From: a virus
Length of the DNA stretch: 35,892 bases
Direction: 5' to 3' (one strand)
Virus record (IMG/VR): IMGVR_UViG_3300041405_000195
Coordinates: 1-35,892 of that record
The notes below the pieces were generated by a model. The model made no database searches. It saw only the letters and a program-made list of their open reading frames with translations, and was not told the origin of the DNA. Position 1 is the first letter of the stretch. Every line of letters starts with the position of its first letter. Shown one piece after another: positions 31,204-35,892 of this stretch. The translations under genes were made by a program, and so were the position numbers.

Positions 31204-32983
31204 ACGAATCCTCAAGCACTTCCACTTCTGCTGTGGCCTCGGCGGCGGCGCCAAGGGCTTCAACCGCGCCAAGCCGGTGGTCGGCACCCTGCAGGCCGAG
31301 TGGCGCTGCCTCGGCGGCATCGATGTCGACCCGGCCGGGCTGCGCGACTTCCAACGCCTGGCCGGCGTGCCCGGCACCCTGCTCGATCTGTTCACGCGCA
31401 GCCAGTACACCCGTTTTCACGGCGTCGAGCCGCCGGCCGGTTGGCGCGAAGCAACGCCCGACGACATCCGACGCGCAGCGCAGAACGATGATCCGGACGC
31501 GGTGTTCATCAGCAGCCCCTGCAAGGGCGCGAGCGGGTTGCTCTCGGAAACCATGAGCCTCACCCCGAAGTACCAGGCGCTCAACGAGCTGACCCTGCGC
31601 TGCGTCTGGCTGATGTGTGAAGCCTGGAAGCACAACCCGGTATCGCTGATAGTCTTCGAGAACGTCCCGCGCCTGGCCACCCGAGGCCGCCACCTGCTCG
31701 ACCAGATCGGCAAGCTGCTCGAGTACTACGGCTATGCAGTGGCAGAAACCACCCACGACTGCGGCGTGATCGGCGGCCTGGCACAGAGCCGCAAACGCTT
31801 CCTGCTGGTCGCCCGCCACGTCGAGAAGGTTCCGCCGTTCCTCTACGAGCCCGAGAAAAAGACCCTGCGCGCAGTCGGCGACATCCTCGGCCGCATGCCC
31901 CTGGCCGGCGACATCGATGCCGCCGGGCCGATGCATCGGGTACCGGCCCTGCAGTGGAAAACCTGGGTGCGTCTGGCCCTGGTCACGGCCGGCAAAGACT
32001 GGCGCTCGCTCAACGAGCTGGCGATCGAGGACGGCTACCTGCGCGACCTGATCATCGTGCCGGAGTACCGCGCCGGTTACCTGGGTGTGCATGACTGGCG
32101 CGACACCGCCGGCACCGTCGCCGGCCGCTCCAGCCCCACCAATGGCGCGTTCTCGGTCGCAGATCCACGCGCCCGTGAAGGCGCCTTGCAATACCAGCAG
32201 TACGGCGTGCGCCGCTGGGACGAAACCAGCGGCGCGGTGATCGGCGTCAAGTCGCCCGGGCAAGGCACGTTCAGCGTGGCGGACCCGCGCGACCCAGGAA
32301 TAGGGCACGCCAAATACAACGTTGCTCAGTGGGATGGCGTGTCGCGCACTGTTATCTCCGGCAGTACCACGGGTCAGGGTGCGTTTGCAGTACAGGACCC
32401 GCGTCACATGGGCGCAGCGAAACACTCTAACGAGTTCCGCATCGTCCCTTACAACCGAGCAACTCAAACCGTCACCAGCGCTCACGGCACAGGCCAGTGC
32501 GTAGCCGACCCGCGTCCAGGCATGGCAAAAGAGAAAGGTGATGCCTATCTCACCGGCGGCCACTACGGTGTTGTCGGCTTCGACCAGGCTGCCGGCGCAG
32601 TATCAGCCAGCGCCTGCCACGACAACGGCCGCTGGTCTGTGGCTGACCCGAGGATGCCGGCGGCTGCCGACCGCCTGACCTGCATCATCACCAGCCTGGA
32701 CGGCACATGGCACCGCCCATTCACTACCCTGGAGCTGGCTGCGCTGCAATCGCTGGTTGATCCCGAGGAACAGCTCGAATTGGACGGCCTCAGCGACCAG
32801 TCCTGGCGCGAACGCATCGGTAATGCAGTACCGCCAGACGCTGCGGAAGCGATCGGCCACGTCATGGGCACCACCCTGCTGCTGGCCGGCGCCGGCGAGA
32901 CCTTCATGCTCAGCAACATGCCGATCTGGGTGCGCCCGGTCGCGGTTGGGCTGAGCGTCAGCCAGCTGGAGGTGCGGCCATGA
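31193..32983 (+). CDS. DNA (cytosine-5) methyltransferase with an expanded, internally repeated variable region
   Basis: Motif I is HFCCGLGGG, motif IV SSPCKG (Cys110), motif VI ENV (156-158), motif VIII QSRKRF and motif X GNAVPP. Five repeats of about 30 aa ending in (F)SVADPR lie between motifs VIII and X. Confidence 0.88.
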   Translation: MLAKRILKHFHFCCGLGGGAKGFNRAKPVVGTLQAEWRCLGGIDVDPAGLRDFQRLAGVPGTLLDLFTRSQYTRFHGVEPPAGWREATPDDIRRAAQNDDPDAVFISSPCKGASGLLSETMSLTPKYQALNELTLRCVWLMCEAWKHNPVSLIVFENVPRLATRGRHLLDQIGKLLEYYGYAVAETTHDCGVIGGLAQSRKRFLLVARHVEKVPPFLYEPEKKTLRAVGDILGRMPLAGDIDAAGPMHRVPALQWKTWVRLALVTAGKDWRSLNELAIEDGYLRDLIIVPEYRAGYLGVHDWRDTAGTVAGRSSPTNGAFSVADPRAREGALQYQQYGVRRWDETSGAVIGVKSPGQGTFSVADPRDPGIGHAKYNVAQWDGVSRTVISGSTTGQGAFAVQDPRHMGAAKHSNEFRIVPYNRATQTVTSAHGTGQCVADPRPGMAKEKGDAYLTGGHYGVVGFDQAAGAVSASACHDNGRWSVADPRMPAAADRLTCIITSLDGTWHRPFTTLELAALQSLVDPEEQLELDGLSDQSWRERIGNAVPPDAAEAIGHVMGTTLLLAGAGETFMLSNMPIWVRPVAVGLSVSQLEVRP

Positions 32984-34215
32984 ACCATCAAGCCGATATC
33001 TTCGCCGCCGGCGCCCAGCGCCTGCAGATGACCGACAGCATAGAGCTGACCATTCAGTCCCTGCTGGCCTACGGTGAATCGCATGAGCACTGGGGCATTG
33101 CCTGGTCTGGCGGAAAGGATTCCAGCGCCACCCTGACGCTGATCATGTACCTGATCGACTCCAGCAAGATCCCGGCACCGAAGACCCTCACCGTGTTCTA
33201 TGCCGACACCCGCCAGGAGCTGCCGCCGCTGGCGATCGCCGCCCAGCAGATCATGGACGAGTTGGCGGAGCGCGGCGTGCGCATCGAGGTGGTCACTGCG
33301 CCGATGGACAAGCGTTTCATGGTCTACATCCTCGGCCGCGGTGTGCCGCCGCCGAACAACAACACGCTGCGCTGGTGTACCCGGCAGATCAAGATCGACC
33401 CGATGCAAGCAGCGCTCGAGCACCGCCTGGCCGAGCTCGAGGGCAACGTGCTGATGATCACCGGCGTGCGCCAAGGCGAAAGCGCGATCCGCGACAAGCG
33501 CATAGAGATGAGCTGCGGCAAGGATGGCGCCGAGTGTGGCCAGGGCTGGTACCAGAAGGTGCTGCCCGAAGCGAAGGGCCTGCGCGGCCGCCTGGCCACC
33601 CTGGCACCGCTGCTGCACTGGCGCGTCTGCCATGTGTGGGAGTGGCTCAAGCACTGGGCGCCACAAGCCGAGTTCGGCGACTGGTCGACCGCTACCGTTG
33701 CCGACGCCTACGGCGGCGACGAGGCCGAAGAAATCAACGCGCGCACCGGCTGTATCGGTTGCCCGCTGGCCAGCGAGGACAAGGCGCTCGATACCATCCT
33801 GCTCAACCCTGCATGGGCGTACCTGCGACCGCTCAAGGGCATCAAGACTCTCTGGCGCGAGCTGCGCGAGCCACAGCACCGCCTGCGTAAGGCAGGCTTC
33901 GAGTACTTGAAGGACGGCAGCGCGGCAGCGAATCCCCAGCGCATGGGACCGCTCACCTTTGAGGCTCGACTGATGGGGCTGGAACGCATCCTGGGCATCC
34001 AGGCCAAGGTCAACACAGCGGCGGATCGCCTCGGCCGTCCGCACATCGACCTGATCAACGCCGAGGAGGAGGCCCGCATCCGCGAACTGATCGCCGCCGG
34101 CACCTGGCCGAACGGCTGGGCCGGCGACGAACCCACCGCCGACACCCCAATGGATCAAATCAACGCTGACGGCTCGGTGCAGCCACTGCTGTTCCTGGAG
34201 GTGCAGCATGGCTGA
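32980..34215 (+). CDS. PP-loop ATP pyrophosphatase of the PAPS-reductase/DndC-like family
   Basis: SGGKDS (33106-33123), a downstream RWCTRQIK motif, and Cys clusters SCGKDGAEC and GCIGCP that suggest an Fe-S site. Confidence 0.75.
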   Translation: MNHQADIFAAGAQRLQMTDSIELTIQSLLAYGESHEHWGIAWSGGKDSSATLTLIMYLIDSSKIPAPKTLTVFYADTRQELPPLAIAAQQIMDELAERGVRIEVVTAPMDKRFMVYILGRGVPPPNNNTLRWCTRQIKIDPMQAALEHRLAELEGNVLMITGVRQGESAIRDKRIEMSCGKDGAECGQGWYQKVLPEAKGLRGRLATLAPLLHWRVCHVWEWLKHWAPQAEFGDWSTATVADAYGGDEAEEINARTGCIGCPLASEDKALDTILLNPAWAYLRPLKGIKTLWRELREPQHRLRKAGFEYLKDGSAAANPQRMGPLTFEARLMGLERILGIQAKVNTAADRLGRPHIDLINAEEEARIRELIAAGTWPNGWAGDEPTADTPMDQINADGSVQPLLFLEVQHG

Positions 34216-34465
34216 GTGTCGCTTTTGCGCAGGCTCTTGCTGCACTGCCTGCCAACAGACCGGCCTGGAGGGCAACCCGCACCAGGTCGGCGCGCTGCTG
34301 GACTATCGCAACGACGACCCCGAGCGGCTCATCGATGAGGCGCGCAACAGGGCCAAGCTACTGAGCTACGCCGACTGGGAAACCCCGATCGGTATCTGGA
34401 CCGGCCAGGCCCATGGCAGTGAGCTGGTTGAAATCTGGTACCAGGGACGGCAGTTCCGCGGCTGA
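34208..34465 (+). CDS. 85-aa protein with an N-terminal Cys cluster (C-x2-C-x3-CC-x2-C)
   Basis: It overlaps the previous gene by 8 nt, with GGAGG upstream. Confidence 0.55.
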   Translation: MAECRFCAGSCCTACQQTGLEGNPHQVGALLDYRNDDPERLIDEARNRAKLLSYADWETPIGIWTGQAHGSELVEIWYQGRQFRG

Positions 34466-34498
34466 TCCGAACACCTAGAAAAACCACAACAAACCTCT

Positions 34499-34524
34499 AG
34501 GCCCGGTAACGGGCCTTTTCTTTT
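34499..34524 (+). terminator. Rho-independent terminator ending the early/accessory operon
   Basis: AGGCCCG-GTAA-CGGGCCT followed by TTTTCTTTT. Confidence 0.85.
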
Positions 34525-34567
34525 CCGGCCAGTAAGCTGGATTTTTCGCAATAGCGTGGGGACGCAA

Positions 34568-35734
34568 ATGGCAGATGGTGTAGAAGTGCGCGGCAATCGC
34601 GTGCGCGTGTATTTCAGGTACCAGGGCGAGTTATGCCGGGAGACAATGCCGGGCGATGCCAGCCCGGAGAACATCACCAACGCCGAGCGCATCGCCGGCA
34701 TCATCAATTACGAGATCAAGGCGGGCACGTTCAGCTATGCGCGGTACTTCCCGGAGTCGCCCAGGATCCAGACCAACACGCTGGGGCATTACATCGATCT
34801 TTGGCTTGAGATAAAGGGCAACCAGATGGCACCGTCCGGCTATCGGACGTACAAGAGCAAGGTAGAAGCGCACATCCGCCCGCGCTGGGGCCACCACCAG
34901 GCCGATCAGATCGACCACTTAGACCTGCAGAGCTGGATTCAGACCACGCTGATGCCGGAGCTGCACAACAAAACAGTGCGCGAAATCATCAGCCTGCTGC
35001 GCCAGGTGTTTGTGATTTACCGCACACGCAACAAAACCGCCCATGATCCGACCGAGGGGCTTGGCGTCACACTGCCCGATCCAGACGAGGCCGACCCGTT
35101 CAACCGTAACGAGATCCGTGACATCCTGGGCGGTGCAACGAACAAGCCGCAGGAACTCCACTTGGCGCAGTTCATGCTCTGGGCCGGGCCACGGGTATCG
35201 GAGGCGATATCGCTGGCCTGGGAGGACGTCGACCTCAAGGCCGGAACGGTGAAGTTCCGTCGATCTCAGGTGCGCGGTCACTACAAGGTCACCAAGACCC
35301 GGCGCTCCACCCGCGAGGTACGTCTGCTCAAGCCTGCACTGGATGCACTCAAGGCGCAGGCACGTTTCACCGAGCAGGCGCAGCCAGTAGACATCGAGGT
35401 GACGGACAGGGACAACAAGACCAAGAAGCGGGTAAAGGTGCGTTTCGTTTTCCACTGCACCACCACAAACGCGGCGCACAGCAGCTCGGACATGCTGCTC
35501 AAGGGCTTCTGGCGCCCGCACCTGCAGTCTGTCGGCGTGCGCTACCGCGGCCCGAACAACTGCCGCCACACCTACGCCAGCCAGCTGCTCAGCACCGGCG
35601 CCGTGCCCATCGACTGGATCGCCGACCAGCTAGGCCACACGTCCACGGCCATGATCTGGCGCCACTACGGTAAATGGATCAACCAGGACGGGCCGGACAT
35701 GATTAGCCTGCTCGAGCACGCGCTAAAGCTGTAA
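34568..35734 (+). CDS. int: Tyrosine integrase
   Basis: 388 aa from the ATG at 34568 (the track GTG is at 34556). The N-terminal arm-binding type is VEVRGNRVRVYF. The C-terminus has R...HxxR (CRHTYAS)...GH...Y (RHYGKW). The gene is adjacent to att. Confidence 0.92.
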   Translation: MADGVEVRGNRVRVYFRYQGELCRETMPGDASPENITNAERIAGIINYEIKAGTFSYARYFPESPRIQTNTLGHYIDLWLEIKGNQMAPSGYRTYKSKVEAHIRPRWGHHQADQIDHLDLQSWIQTTLMPELHNKTVREIISLLRQVFVIYRTRNKTAHDPTEGLGVTLPDPDEADPFNRNEIRDILGGATNKPQELHLAQFMLWAGPRVSEAISLAWEDVDLKAGTVKFRRSQVRGHYKVTKTRRSTREVRLLKPALDALKAQARFTEQAQPVDIEVTDRDNKTKKRVKVRFVFHCTTTNAAHSSSDMLLKGFWRPHLQSVGVRYRGPNNCRHTYASQLLSTGAVPIDWIADQLGHTSTAMIWRHYGKWINQDGPDMISLLEHALKL

Positions 35735-35753
35735 CCCAAGCCCCAGGAACGAC

Positions 35754-35784
35754 AAAAGGCAGCCCTTTCGGAGCTGCCTTTTTT
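35754..35784 (+). terminator. Rho-independent terminator after int
   Basis: The stem pairs GGCAGC (35758-35763) with GCTGCC (35773-35778) and is followed by six T. Confidence 0.8.
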
Positions 35785-35791
35785 GTCTGCC

Positions 35792-35822
35792 ATTCCCAAA
35801 GTGTTCCCAAATCGCTCCCATT
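35792..35822 (+). promoter_or_regulatory. Three phased (T/C)TCCCA repeats (candidate integrase arm-type sites, right arm)
   Basis: ATTCCCAAA (35792-35800), GTTCCCAAA (35803-35811) and GCTCCCATT (35814-35822) have an 11-nt period. Motif and orientation match 100-119. Confidence 0.5.
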
Positions 35823-35865
35823 TGCCGAGCGCAGAAAACGAAACCCTTTGAAAACAGCACCTTAG

Positions 35866-35892
35866 ATGGTGCGGACGGAGAGACTCGAACTC
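35866..35892. repeat. att core, right copy (phage-supplied 3' end of the target tRNA)
   Basis: Exact 27-nt repeat of 1-27. It lies about 130 nt downstream of the integrase gene. Identity may extend further but is truncated by the window edge. Confidence 0.85.
35867..35892 (-). tRNA. tRNA gene, 3' terminal 26 nt only (body and anticodon lie outside the window)
   Basis: The minus-strand reading ends ...GTTCGAGTCTCTCCGTCCGCACCA with an encoded CCA. Discriminator A and the T-arm are compatible with a Leu-type tRNA, but the anticodon is not visible. Confidence 0.7.

Larger units (their letters stand above)
1..35892. mobile_element. Complete integrated P2/phiCTX-like temperate myophage (att repeat to att repeat)
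   Basis: Full P2-order late gene set (Q P | O N M L X lysis R S V W J I H G FI FII E T U D). Also has an immunity/early/replication block and a tyrosine integrase adjacent to a tRNA 3' end. Identical 27-nt direct repeats sit at both window ends. Confidence 0.93.

Noticed and set aside
34208-34465. 85-aa gene directly upstream of int considered as the excisionase.
   Set aside because: No HTH or winged-helix pattern is visible. It has an N-terminal Cys cluster, is translationally coupled to the PP-loop gene, and is separated from int by a strong terminator. It fits the modification module better.

Overview
The window is one complete integrated temperate phage of the P2/phiCTX type in a high-GC, Pseudomonas-like host (host is inference). 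It is cut exactly from att repeat to att repeat. The identical 27-nt direct repeats at 1-27 and 35866-35892 are the 3' end of a minus-strand tRNA gene whose body lies beyond the right edge. Order from left to right: (1) attL, then an AT-rich non-coding arm with phased TTCCCA repeats, an IHF-consensus site, an array of AAGGTAAT boxes and a candidate cos; (2) portal and large terminase on the minus strand; (3) on the plus strand, scaffold, capsid, small terminase, head completion, tail X, lysis cassette, R/S, baseplate V-W-J-I, tail fibre H/G, sheath, tube, E/E+E' (-1 frameshift), tape measure, U and D; (4) a low-GC single-gene moron; (5) a minus-strand lysogeny operon with a CI-like repressor, a secreted YebY/DUF2511-like protein, a second XRE HTH and a 38-codon ORF; (6) a plus-strand early operon with Cro-like, CII-like and Ogr-like proteins, small ORFs and a Zn-finger/TOPRIM/P-loop primase-helicase; (7) an accessory block ending in a C5 DNA methyltransferase with five internal repeats, a DndC/PAPS-reductase-like PP-loop protein and two Cys-rich small proteins; (8) a tyrosine integrase and attR/tRNA. 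No rRNA, CRISPR array or transposase was seen. The best candidates for undescribed biology are: the low-GC 269-aa moron (22536-23345, R-x4-H motif), the translationally chained DNA-modification module (30988-34465), the repressor-linked secreted protein operon (23643-24813), the AAGGTAAT box array next to attL, and three small late-operon inserts each bracketed by direct repeats of the stop/start junction. All family assignments come from motif recognition by eye. No database search was run.
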